DNA from: Kiritimatiellia bacterium
GTDB lineage: Bacteria; Verrucomicrobiota; Kiritimatiellia; RFP12; UBA3636
DNA length: 32,353 nt
NCBI GenBank assembly: GCA_045642845.1
Contig: JAZUJQ010000267.1
Location: forward strand, 1 to 32,353
Direction: 5' to 3'
The translations under genes were made by a program, and so were the position numbers. The notes beneath the pieces are model-generated. The model was not told where the DNA came from, did no database searches, and saw only the letters and a program-made list of their open reading frames with translations. How positions within the stretch are numbered: position 1 is the first letter of the stretch; every line of letters starts with the position of its first letter. Below, piece by piece: positions 1-8,436 of this stretch.

Positions 1-1
1 C

Positions 2-607
2 GGCGTGCGAACCATGGCCGCCGGCGAATGGGGGTGCGGCATGAGCCACAAAAAGGTCTGCGAACGGTTTCTGAACGACGGCGGCGACGTTTGCGCCGTG
101 TTCGAAGACGACGTGCTCCTTTCCGACGACACCCAGCGCGCCGTCGAAGCCGTCATTCATTGGATTGATTCAGCGCAGCCTCGCATGGTTCTGCTGATGC
201 CGAATCTGTACGTAGCAGATCTTGCAAAGAAAAAAAACATGAATCACACGCTTTGCAAAGTGCTACAGGGGGCCGGAGCCTACGGCTATCTCATGAACAG
301 GAATGCGGCCACGATTCAATCGCGGCGCATGACGCCTTTTCGAACGCCGTGCGATTGGTGGCTTACAGTCATGTCTTGGGGAATCGACGTCAGAGCCGTT
401 TCTCCGCACGTTGCAAGTTTCTCGTCGGACCGTTCGGACTCGTCAATCGAGTGCGAACGAACCAAAATATGGAAACGGCAGAACAAAACGCAGATTTCCG
501 CACTGGACCGATTTTATCTCTTCAGGAACAAGAAACTCCCGGAAGTATTTCTCTCGGTCAGGAAAAAGCTCGGCCTTGCAGTGTTCCTGCCGAAAACATG
601 GGAGTGA
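2..607 (+). CDS. Glycosyltransferase family 25 (LPS/LOS glycosyltransferase-like), C-terminal part; the 5' end lies upstream of the window
   Basis: The frame is open from the window edge, and the 'M' at position 5 of the ORF track is a GTG. Motifs GEWGCGMSHKKV and AVFEDDVLL fit the GT25 core (G-C-x-x-SH ... EDD). Stop TGA at 605-607. Confidence 0.7.
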   Translation, partial: GVRTMAAGEWGCGMSHKKVCERFLNDGGDVCAVFEDDVLLSDDTQRAVEAVIHWIDSAQPRMVLLMPNLYVADLAKKKNMNHTLCKVLQGAGAYGYLMNRNAATIQSRRMTPFRTPCDWWLTVMSWGIDVRAVSPHVASFSSDRSDSSIECERTKIWKRQNKTQISALDRFYLFRNKKLPEVFLSVRKKLGLAVFLPKTWE

Positions 608-615
608 CAGGGCTG

Positions 616-1656
616 TCATTTCAAGTATTCAACGGTTCGGCGAACGGCCTCACGCAGAGGAATGCGGACCGTCCAACCCAAGGCGGACAGCTTGGATACA
701 TCCATCGTCGCCTTGGTGATTGTTGAGTATCCGGCTTTCTCGGTTTCCGTCGGAAGTTGGAACACGATCTTCCGGCCTCCTGCCTCCGCCGCCGTTTCGG
801 CAAAGTCGCGCAGCCGGAGCGGGGCCGGATCCGCGATGTTGTACGCCTGACCGTTGACTCCGTCCAGAAGCAACAACAGCATCGCCACGGCGCAATCTCC
901 GACATATCCCCAGGAATACAGTTGCATCCCATCGCTCTTGAGCACGATGTCCTCGCCGTGCACCGCATTCATAATGAACTGCGTCGGAGCCTTGGTATCA
1001 TTGAACAGCACCGTCGGCCCGAAGTAGCGCCCGATGCGCGCAATGACGAAATCGAATCCGTGATGCTCCGTCGCATAGGCGTTGCACAGCGCTTCCGCGC
1101 AGCGCTTCGCCGAGGGATAGCCCGCACGCACCGTATTGCTGTCCACATAGCCGCTGTAGTCCTCACCAAAGGCGTCCGTGTCCCCGTTGTTCCGTCCATA
1201 GGCCTCCACGGAAGAGCATTGGAGGAACCTCTTCGCGCCATGGCGCACGGCGAATTCGCACAGTCGATTCATGCCCAGAACATTCGTCAGAATGGTGTCT
1301 ACGGGTTTGGTGGCATAGTCGATTGGCGAGGTGTTGCTCGCGGCATGGACGACATAGTCCGCCGGTTCGTCCGGAAGATCGCCCGTGCAGATGTCCAGCA
1401 CGCACCGCTTCACGATGTCGGAGAAAACATCCGGAAAGCGCCTTTCCAGAAAACCGCCGTCACGATCGCACGCAAGCACGCGAATGCGTATGCCGAGTTC
1501 GCGGTGCGCCTGTATCAGCAGGTCGATCAGATACGATCCAATCAGTCCGGCCGCGCCGGAAACCAGAAACGACCGTCCGTCGAATCGGCGGATCAACGTC
1601 TCGTTCGCATGAATGTATTCGGACAGTTCACGTTCATATCCGGGTTTGTAGATCAT
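616..1656 (-). CDS. NAD-dependent nucleotide-sugar epimerase/dehydratase (extended SDR, UDP-glucuronate decarboxylase-like)
   Basis: 346 aa, ATG at 1656. N-terminal Rossmann motif VSGAAGLIGSYLIDLL (GxxGxxG) and catalytic YxxxK (YPSAKRCAE). Length is typical of extended SDRs. Confidence 0.85.
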   Translation of the reverse strand: MIYKPGYERELSEYIHANETLIRRFDGRSFLVSGAAGLIGSYLIDLLIQAHRELGIRIRVLACDRDGGFLERRFPDVFSDIVKRCVLDICTGDLPDEPADYVVHAASNTSPIDYATKPVDTILTNVLGMNRLCEFAVRHGAKRFLQCSSVEAYGRNNGDTDAFGEDYSGYVDSNTVRAGYPSAKRCAEALCNAYATEHHGFDFVIARIGRYFGPTVLFNDTKAPTQFIMNAVHGEDIVLKSDGMQLYSWGYVGDCAVAMLLLLLDGVNGQAYNIADPAPLRLRDFAETAAEAGGRKIVFQLPTETEKAGYSTITKATMDVSKLSALGWTVRIPLREAVRRTVEYLK

Positions 1657-1674
1657 GAATGACTCCTGTATTGT

Positions 1675-2991
1675 CTAGTTGCGTGATGTCGCCCGCGTCA
1701 GAAATTCCACAATGTTCTTCGCGGCGTCCACTTCGAGAAGACCGCATTCACGGACGATTTCCCAGCGCTTTTCGCGCATCGGGTCTTTCCCCTCTTCCAG
1801 CACCATGCGAAAAACATCGTGCATCTCGCTCTCCGTGCGCACTGAGTAGAACGAGCGGAAAAGCTTCTTTCCCGGAGCCATCGGCACCACACGGCTCTTC
1901 CCTGAAATCAGCCGGATCAGCGGACGGCCGGTGGTCGGATATTCCGCCAGAAACGAACTGCAGTCAGTCACCATGGCGCGGGAGTTCCGGAAGAGGTCCA
2001 CATAGTCCATCTCCGCGACTTTGCCGATCTTCGCCCATGCGCCCCAATAGGCATCGACCTCCTCCTGCGTCCAGACTCCGGCGGTCACGAGCCGTAGTTT
2101 AAGACGCGGGTGCGGCTTGAAAACCCAGTTCATTTCCGGATGGGCTTGAGCATAGGCCAGGATCGGGCGACCCAGCTGCAGAATGGTCGAGTAGTTCTCG
2201 AAATTCGGGTTGTTGGGGTGGAAGAAGGAGAAATGCGGGGCATAGATGGTGTAGCCATCGGGGCAGGCAACATTCCCAAGGCCATGGAACTGGTCCAGCA
2301 TTGTATGGCCAAGACCAAGCAGTTCCGCCGCAGAACTCCGCGGTGTCTGGAATTTACGGAAAGCCCTCGCCCATTCATCGCTTTGGATGAAATACCAGTG
2401 AAGCGTGCGGTGGAAGCGTTGCAACGTGTCAACTGACGGTTTCCCGTAGCAGAGAACGTAATATGCAATGTACGCCGTCAGTGCGTATTTGGAAACGGCT
2501 TCAGGCATCTGGCACGGCGCGATGGTCCACGGCTGCTGATAAACGACGATGTCGGGCGCAAACCGATCGAGAGGCGCCGCAACCAGCGTACCGTCCGTAT
2601 TGTTCTCGCAGGCGTCCACGCACGGCATTCCGCGGTTTTCGAACCACTCGCGGTTCGCCGCCTGCTTGGCGCGCGCCTCGACATCCGACAGGAACCGGTC
2701 GGCGTCGGCCAACGTGAGTGCAATGACCGGTTGGAAACGAACATCCGCCTTCAGCGCATCGTAGAGAGACTGCGCTTTCCAGCGGTTGATTTCGTTGACG
2801 AGGAACACGACGCGGATCGTCCGTCCGGACGGACGCACGCGGAGTTCCGCCTCCTTGCGGTCGTAATTCAAGCGGCACTCCCGGACAAGACGCTCCGTTT
2901 GACGGATGTCTCGAAGCGTGCGAATTGGATGCGCGCACTTGCGCATCGTCTCGTATGTGTCCGGAAAGCGGTTCTTGAGCATGGATTTCAT
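1675..2991 (-). CDS. CDP-glycerol glycerophosphotransferase family protein (TagB/TagF-like)
   Basis: C-terminal motifs NWVFKPHPRLKL and AMVTDCSSFLAEYPTTGRPLIRL resemble the Glyphos_transf signature (KxHP ... D-x-SS ... P-I/L-I). I prefer the ATG at 2991 (MKSMLKNRF...) because it forms an ATGA stop/start overlap with the upstream GT2 stop at 2988-2990. The ORF-track start at 3039 would overlap by 52 nt. Confidence 0.7.
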   Translation of the reverse strand: MKSMLKNRFPDTYETMRKCAHPIRTLRDIRQTERLVRECRLNYDRKEAELRVRPSGRTIRVVFLVNEINRWKAQSLYDALKADVRFQPVIALTLADADRFLSDVEARAKQAANREWFENRGMPCVDACENNTDGTLVAAPLDRFAPDIVVYQQPWTIAPCQMPEAVSKYALTAYIAYYVLCYGKPSVDTLQRFHRTLHWYFIQSDEWARAFRKFQTPRSSAAELLGLGHTMLDQFHGLGNVACPDGYTIYAPHFSFFHPNNPNFENYSTILQLGRPILAYAQAHPEMNWVFKPHPRLKLRLVTAGVWTQEEVDAYWGAWAKIGKVAEMDYVDLFRNSRAMVTDCSSFLAEYPTTGRPLIRLISGKSRVVPMAPGKKLFRSFYSVRTESEMHDVFRMVLEEGKDPMREKRWEIVRECGLLEVDAAKNIVEFLTRATSRN

Positions 2992-4277
2992 GTTTCGGAC
3001 GTCGATTGCGTTTTTACGCCATACTCCCGCAACAACCACGGAGCGGGTTTTGGAACATGCTTTGCGAATGTGCGTCGGTGAAAGGCGCGAAGCATCCGGC
3101 GCGTGAACGGCGTAAGCGCCCCGAACAGCAGCACGGCGGTGAGCGGCCAGGCACGGAAGCAGGTATACAGCGGACGGACGACCGGTCGCCGCAGAACTGC
3201 TCTGATGTAGCGCCTCTGGTCGCGTGGATTTTTCAGCAGCAGAGCGTCCACGAGCCGGTCGCGGAATTCATCCTGGAAATGCACGGGCAGATCGGAAATC
3301 GGACGCCCGGTCTCCTGCAGGAAGAAGTAGGCGCGGGTGAGGCTCACGTCGCGGTAGTTCCGGATAGGGTTTCGGTTCGTCGCCCCGGTCAGCAGCTGAT
3401 TGTAGCGGGCAACGACGTCCGGAAGGCAGTACACGTCCCCTTGCAACATCAGGGACGACCACAGGCGCACATCGCCGATGGCCAGCGCCCAATGGTGGAT
3501 TTCCATGTTCTGCAGCACCCGCTTGTAGGTCGCCGCTCGGTACATCGTCGTCGCCGTCATCACAAACTGCTCGTCGCCCTTGTGCAGCCGGTCCGGATAC
3601 TTGCCGAAGGCGTAGTTGAAAAAGAATTCGCGCCCGGACATCTTCCCGCCCGGGACATCCCCGTCCTGGTTCCAGACGCGCTCAGTCCCGTTTTTCTCGT
3701 AATAAATACGCGAAGAAGCGAAGCACAGTTCAACGGACGGGTTCGCCAGCATGACATCGACCTGCTTCTGCAACTTCAGCGGATCCGTCCATTCGTCGTC
3801 CCCTTCGCAAATCGCCCAGAACTCACCGCGGCAGCAGGATTCGACGCGCCGGAGATTTCCGCCGAGCTTGCGGACGTTTTCATGCCACCAAAGGACGCGG
3901 ATTCTGTCAGGAAACTTTTTTTGGCACTCGAAACATATCTCACGGGTTCGGTCCGAGGAGCAGTCCTCTCCGATAACGAGTTCGAATTCGAATTCTGTTT
4001 GCTGCGTCATCACGCCCTTGATGGCCTTTTCGATGTGCGCCTCGTGGTTGTAGGTGATCATAAGCACCGAAACAAGCGGTCGCCGACAGAGCTTTTCCGC
4101 ATCCGACGTCTCGATGAACGGTGCGGTTTCGGAAAGGTCGCGCAGACGGATCGGAGCTCCGCGCAAGGCCTCGAAATCGTCATGAAGAGACCCGTTCACG
4201 CAGATACTCCCAGCACGACGGATTCCGGCGATTCGATTTCCGCGCCGGACGATTCCGGAAAAAATGCGCAACCGCAT
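2988..4277 (-). CDS. Family 2 glycosyltransferase (GT-A fold) with a long C-terminal extension
   Basis: LVSVLMITYNHEAHIEKAIKGVMTQQTEFEFELVIGEDCSSDRT followed by AICEGDDEW (DxD-type). The track start at 4298 is a TTG and the first ATG is at 4277. Either start leaves an unusual Arg-rich N-terminal extension of about 65-70 aa before the Rossmann beta-1 strand, so the start is uncertain. Confidence 0.75.
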   Translation of the reverse strand: MRLRIFSGIVRRGNRIAGIRRAGSICVNGSLHDDFEALRGAPIRLRDLSETAPFIETSDAEKLCRRPLVSVLMITYNHEAHIEKAIKGVMTQQTEFEFELVIGEDCSSDRTREICFECQKKFPDRIRVLWWHENVRKLGGNLRRVESCCRGEFWAICEGDDEWTDPLKLQKQVDVMLANPSVELCFASSRIYYEKNGTERVWNQDGDVPGGKMSGREFFFNYAFGKYPDRLHKGDEQFVMTATTMYRAATYKRVLQNMEIHHWALAIGDVRLWSSLMLQGDVYCLPDVVARYNQLLTGATNRNPIRNYRDVSLTRAYFFLQETGRPISDLPVHFQDEFRDRLVDALLLKNPRDQRRYIRAVLRRPVVRPLYTCFRAWPLTAVLLFGALTPFTRRMLRAFHRRTFAKHVPKPAPWLLREYGVKTQSTSET

Positions 4278-4472
4278 TCCGGACGTACGATTTTGCAACA
4301 GATTCCAAAATTCACGGCATTCGGCAGTGTCAGGCCGACCCGACGGAACGCCACGCCCGCCTGAAAACGCTCCGCGAACAGTCCGAAACCGAATGAGTTT
4401 GAATTGTTAGATGAGAAATCCATAAATCCGCCGCCAAATCGTTGACAAATGTGCCGAGGCCTCCGAAAACGC

Positions 4473-6020
4473 CTACGATTCTACTTGTTTCATGATGTTT
4501 TTAACAAGAGGAATCATCCGCTTTGGAGCGCGTTTGACGAGTGCGGGACCGACGATCCTGACGTATTCCTTCAGAGGCCGCGGTTTCACGACGAACGACG
4601 TAACGAGGAACATGATCGTTCCGGCAACGGTCTGGACGAATATACGCATGACGAGTTCAACGGGGATTCTCCAAAGACGGACATCATCGAACAGCCGGAT
4701 TTTTCCAAAAAAGTACATCGCGACGGCCATGGGAATACACAGCAGGAACGGCTGTGCGACGTCCTTGAGCTGATCGCTCAGACAGTAGCCCATGAGCCTG
4801 CGATTCGGCCATGAGTTGATGATTATTCCGAGAGGACCGAGCGTGAATGCGGACAACATCGCGTAGACGATGACTCCGCAACGTTTCTGGAAGAAAACGA
4901 AAAACACCCCGAGAAGAGCAAAACAAAGCGATTTCTTGACGACCTCCAGATATAGGAAGAGGTCGCTCCGACCCATGGCCTTGACGCCCTGCAAATTGAT
5001 CGTGTGAAACGGCCAAAGCGACAGCGAAAAGCAGGCGATCTGCATGAAAGGAACAGCCGGCGCCCATTTTTCGCCGTACAGGAGACGGATAAGCGAAGGC
5101 GAGAGAAAACCCACCATGGTCATCATCGGAAAGACGAGGAACGTCGAGCACTGTATCATACGCCGCATCGACTCACGAAGACGGACTGGATCATCCTGCA
5201 TCTGAGCCAAAGCGGGGAACATGACTCGGCCAAGCGTACCGTTGATGGCCGACATCGCGAATCTAGGCGTGTGTCCGCCCTTTTGGAGAAAAGCAAGATC
5301 CTCCTTCGAATAGAACTTGCCGATCATAAGACCGTAAAGATTGTTGTAGCCGGAATCCAGCAGACTGGCGCAAGTCAGCTTCCAGCTGTATCCGAAAAGT
5401 CCGCCGAGAGCTCGGAACGAGAATTGAAGTCTTGGCCGCCACGCGATGAAGAACCAGCGGGATATGACTCCGCTGACGCCTCCGGCGATCGACTGCCAGA
5501 CCAACGCCCATGGACCGAACCCGAGCGCGGCGAACGTCAGACCCGTACACGTCGACACGAACACGGATATCAGGTTGATGCGAAAGCTCAGGTGAAAGAG
5601 CATTTTGCGACTCAACTCCGCATTCTGAACGCCGTTGACGGCGTTGAAAAAAAGTGTCAGAGCCGTAACGCGCAAAATGCTCTTCAGCACAGGAGTGTCC
5701 AGCCACTCCGCCACAAAAGGCGACAGGAAGAACAAAATCAGATAAAAGATTCCGGAAAGGGCCAGACTGCAGTAGAAAACGGAATTGAAATCCAAATCCG
5801 TGGCATTTTTCTTCTGTGTAAGGGCATTGGTGAAACCGCTGTCGGTAAGAACCAGAGCTATGGACGTGAAAATTGAAACCATCGCCACCGTTCCGTAGTC
5901 CGCCGGCGCAAGCAGACGGGCCAGAACAATACCGATAGCAAACCCGACGAACTGCGTGGCGAATTGCTCCAACAGAATCCAAATGGTTCCTTTTACGACT
6001 TTTTGTTTCAGGGAAGACAT
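4473..6020 (-). CDS. wzx: Wzx-type oligosaccharide/polysaccharide flippase (MOP/PST superfamily)
   Basis: 515 aa and hydrophobic throughout, with many predicted TM segments. The N-terminus VVKGTIWILLEQFATQFVGFAIGIVLARLLAPADYG is the typical Polysacc_synt opening. ATG at 6020. Confidence 0.85.
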   Translation of the reverse strand: MSSLKQKVVKGTIWILLEQFATQFVGFAIGIVLARLLAPADYGTVAMVSIFTSIALVLTDSGFTNALTQKKNATDLDFNSVFYCSLALSGIFYLILFFLSPFVAEWLDTPVLKSILRVTALTLFFNAVNGVQNAELSRKMLFHLSFRINLISVFVSTCTGLTFAALGFGPWALVWQSIAGGVSGVISRWFFIAWRPRLQFSFRALGGLFGYSWKLTCASLLDSGYNNLYGLMIGKFYSKEDLAFLQKGGHTPRFAMSAINGTLGRVMFPALAQMQDDPVRLRESMRRMIQCSTFLVFPMMTMVGFLSPSLIRLLYGEKWAPAVPFMQIACFSLSLWPFHTINLQGVKAMGRSDLFLYLEVVKKSLCFALLGVFFVFFQKRCGVIVYAMLSAFTLGPLGIIINSWPNRRLMGYCLSDQLKDVAQPFLLCIPMAVAMYFFGKIRLFDDVRLWRIPVELVMRIFVQTVAGTIMFLVTSFVVKPRPLKEYVRIVGPALVKRAPKRMIPLVKNIMKQVES

Positions 6021-6239
6021 GGCGGTCCGTTAGAGGCTACAGGAAAGGCCATACAAACGCAATCAAAAACGGCGTACCGGGCATCTGACATTCTCCGGAA
6101 CGGATCGCGAACCACAACGTTGCGCGGAATTCGCCCACGCTTGCACGACATGGATCGTATCATGGTGCCAGTCAAAAAACGGATCCGGAACTCAGGAAAT
6201 TCGTCTTTACGCGCGACTATCTGACATTCGCTCCGAACG

Positions 6240-6944
6240 TTAAGGTTGCTTGTAGAACTTCTTCACGACCGCAGGGCATCCGGCGACAAGAGCAAAATCT
6301 GGAGTGTCGCGGTTGACGACCGCACCGGCGGCAATCACGCACTTCCGACCCACGGTGACACCCGGAACGAGTATGGCACCAGCACAGACCCAGCATCCGT
6401 CCTTGACATTGATGTCCTTCACGCGGCGTTCGCCGCCGATGCACGGGCCGTCAGGGTCGATTACGTGCTCGTTTGTCTTGATTGAAACCATGTGGGCGAT
6501 TTTGCAATCGTCACCGATGGTGATTTTCGCCGTTCCAGTAGCGGAAATGTATGTGCGCGGCGCAACGCATCCTCCGTTTCCGATGCGGATTTCGGAGTGT
6601 TCGTAGGATTGCAGAAGAACTTCTTCCGAAATGCATTTGTCGTTTCCGATGACAACCGTGCCGCGGGCGCAGATCTGCGTTCCGAGTTTGATGAGCACCC
6701 TGTCACCGATATACAGTCCGCCCTCGGCGTACAGTTTCACGCCGGTGGCCACCGCGCAACCGTCGCCGAGTTTCAGGACTCCGTCGCCGAAAAAACAAGC
6801 GCCTTGAGAAATGCGGCATCCTTTTCCGATGTCGAATCCCGCCCACCGCAAAAAGCGGCTTCTTAATTCAAAGGCATTCCGCGTGAAAGGGCAATTCCGG
6901 ACGAACGAATGGTAGATCGCCAACTTGAAGCGTCTTGAAATCAT
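6240..6944 (-). CDS. Left-handed beta-helix (hexapeptide-repeat) O-acetyltransferase
   Basis: Many tandem [LIV]-G-x4 hexapeptide repeats (IGDRVLIKLGTQICARGTVVIGNDKCI; VKDGCWVCAGAILVPGVTVGRKCVIAAGAVV). The track start at 7016 is a TTG, so I prefer the ATG at 6944 (MISRRFKL...). Confidence 0.8.
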   Translation of the reverse strand: MISRRFKLAIYHSFVRNCPFTRNAFELRSRFLRWAGFDIGKGCRISQGACFFGDGVLKLGDGCAVATGVKLYAEGGLYIGDRVLIKLGTQICARGTVVIGNDKCISEEVLLQSYEHSEIRIGNGGCVAPRTYISATGTAKITIGDDCKIAHMVSIKTNEHVIDPDGPCIGGERRVKDINVKDGCWVCAGAILVPGVTVGRKCVIAAGAVVNRDTPDFALVAGCPAVVKKFYKQP

Positions 6945-7049
6945 GTGGCACACACTTTTTGTTTTTGCGCCGTCTTTGCGGCTATTTTCAATGTTCGGAC
7001 TATGCGGACGCGCCAAGCCGAAGTTTCGCGCGTCACGACGTCAACGTCC

Positions 7050-8390
7050 CTAATGCGCACGCAGTTCGGACGACGATATGCCGTTCGTCCGCGGCAGACG
7101 CACGACTTGTTTCCCGTGGTCGCGGCACCAGGCCTCGGCGCGTTTGAATCCGGCGTGAATCTGGTCTTCCCCAAGAACTAAAACATCGAAATCGATGCGC
7201 GTTATGGAGTCATCCACATCCGTGTACGGGACGACTTCATCGACATACCGCAGAGCACGGATCATTTTTACGCGGGTGTTCCAGTCGTACACAAGTCTGG
7301 TCTGCGGCTTGTACTTGGTCACCACGGCATCTTCCTGAACGGCGACGACGAGGGCTCCATCCGATCCGGCGATGTCTTTCGCCCGGCGAAAGAGTTCGTG
7401 ATGCCCGTAATGAAGAAGATCGTAAACGCCTACGGTCAGCACCCGTTTGGGACGCTTCATCTTCATTTCGTTCCAGATATCCACGCCGAGTTTGCGCATG
7501 TGTTTCCGATAAGGTTCGTCTGGATCCATCTCGGCTTCGTCATGTCCTGAAAGCCGCTTTTCGACGGGCGGAAGCTGCATGTAGTCTCCGTACTGAACAG
7601 TCAGAACGTCGTCGTATCCGATCGGCACGGGAAAACGGAATCCTTCAAAGTCCATGTCCATGGCCGAGTCGAACGATTCGGCTTTGAAGATATATTTGCG
7701 CCACGGGCTGAAATTGGAAACATTGCACCCCATGCATGCGGTGCGCGCACCGTTGAACTGCGACGCGAGCCGATGGACTTCCCTGTACGCATCTACCGGC
7801 GTGAGCCCGTAATGTTTGCGGAGACTGTCGCGCGCCTTGTCTGTCATGTCGTATCCCGGGATTTTCATGAAAGCCGAACACCAGACGTTCAGATCCAGAA
7901 CTTGATTGTAGAGTTCTTCGGCCTTTTCCGGTATTTGGTTGTCGATCGGCAGGATATCCAGAAAGATTCCGCACGTAAATCCCCAGAAGTGACGGTGCTT
8001 CTCGAAATACGTGGTGTTGGTATTGCGCAATTTCGGATAGGTGAAGGCGTACCCCCTGTCATTGTGCGGCATGGACAGAAAGTACGGCTCCCGGAATTCG
8101 CCGGCGCAACGTATGAATGCCTCGTAATCCTTTCGCGGCATGTAAATGTCTACATCGTCGTCCCAAGGCACGAACCCCTTGTGGCGGACCGCTCCGAGAA
8201 GCGTTCCGTATGTCAGAAAGTAGCGGAGACCGTGCTTTTTGCAGACGGCATCGACCTGCAGAAGCATGTCCAAAAGGATGGCCCAGATTTTTTTGCGCTT
8301 CTCGTCCACGAGAAAGTCGCAGCGAACTTCGGGTTTGAAGAACTCGCGGGGAAGAATTCCCTCGGCGATGATACGGTCGCACTCGGTCAT
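7050..8390 (-). CDS. Fusion protein: N-terminal LicD-family phosphotransferase plus C-terminal TagD-like (HxGH) cytidylyltransferase
   Basis: 446 aa. The LicD core YGTLLGAVRHKGFVPWDDDVDIYMPRKDYE lies in aa 1 to about 285 (about 7536-8390). The cytidylyltransferase domain runs from about aa 316 to the end (about 7053-7445), with TVGVYDLLHYGHHELFRRAK (HxGH) and the C-terminal RTNGISSSELR (RTxGIS-type motif of glycerol-3-phosphate cytidylyltransferases). One uninterrupted frame. Confidence 0.8.
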   Translation of the reverse strand: MTECDRIIAEGILPREFFKPEVRCDFLVDEKRKKIWAILLDMLLQVDAVCKKHGLRYFLTYGTLLGAVRHKGFVPWDDDVDIYMPRKDYEAFIRCAGEFREPYFLSMPHNDRGYAFTYPKLRNTNTTYFEKHRHFWGFTCGIFLDILPIDNQIPEKAEELYNQVLDLNVWCSAFMKIPGYDMTDKARDSLRKHYGLTPVDAYREVHRLASQFNGARTACMGCNVSNFSPWRKYIFKAESFDSAMDMDFEGFRFPVPIGYDDVLTVQYGDYMQLPPVEKRLSGHDEAEMDPDEPYRKHMRKLGVDIWNEMKMKRPKRVLTVGVYDLLHYGHHELFRRAKDIAGSDGALVVAVQEDAVVTKYKPQTRLVYDWNTRVKMIRALRYVDEVVPYTDVDDSITRIDFDVLVLGEDQIHAGFKRAEAWCRDHGKQVVRLPRTNGISSSELRAH

Positions 8391-8436
8391 TAGTGGTCAG
8401 TGGTTGGTGCAGGAAGTAAAGTCCGGATGGATTTTG

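Noticed and set aside
757-1662. 301-aa plus-strand ORF antisense to the SDR epimerase gene
   Set aside because: The composition is Arg/His/Ala/Pro-rich and low in complexity, which is typical of a shadow ORF opposite a real GC-rich gene. The minus-strand product has clear GxxGxxG and YxxxK motifs.
3916-3922. Shorter homopolymers: T7 at 3916-3922, A7 at 27883-27889, and A7 at 30902-30908
   Set aside because: They are below the length at which slipped-strand phase variation is usually observed, and they are simply Lys/Phe codon runs.
3006-4364. 452-aa plus-strand ORF antisense to the GT2 gene
   Set aside because: A shadow ORF: Arg/Pro/His-rich with no recognisable motif, fully nested opposite a gene with a clear GT-A signature.
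4196-4423. 75-aa minus-strand ORF in the gap between Wzx and GT2
   Set aside because: No recognisable features, and it overlaps the GT2 N-terminus in another frame. I kept it only as a possible sign of a frameshift (see the finding for 4278-4472).
4456-4463. Palindrome GAGGCCTC just downstream of the Wzx stop
   Set aside because: Only 8 bp with no loop, so it cannot form a terminator hairpin. It is most simply a chance restriction-site-like palindrome.
6174-6190. CGGATCCG palindrome followed by a T-run on the minus strand, as a possible terminator after the acetyltransferase gene
   Set aside because: The stem would be about 4 bp with no loop. That is not a credible intrinsic terminator, and the downstream Wzx gene is probably co-transcribed.
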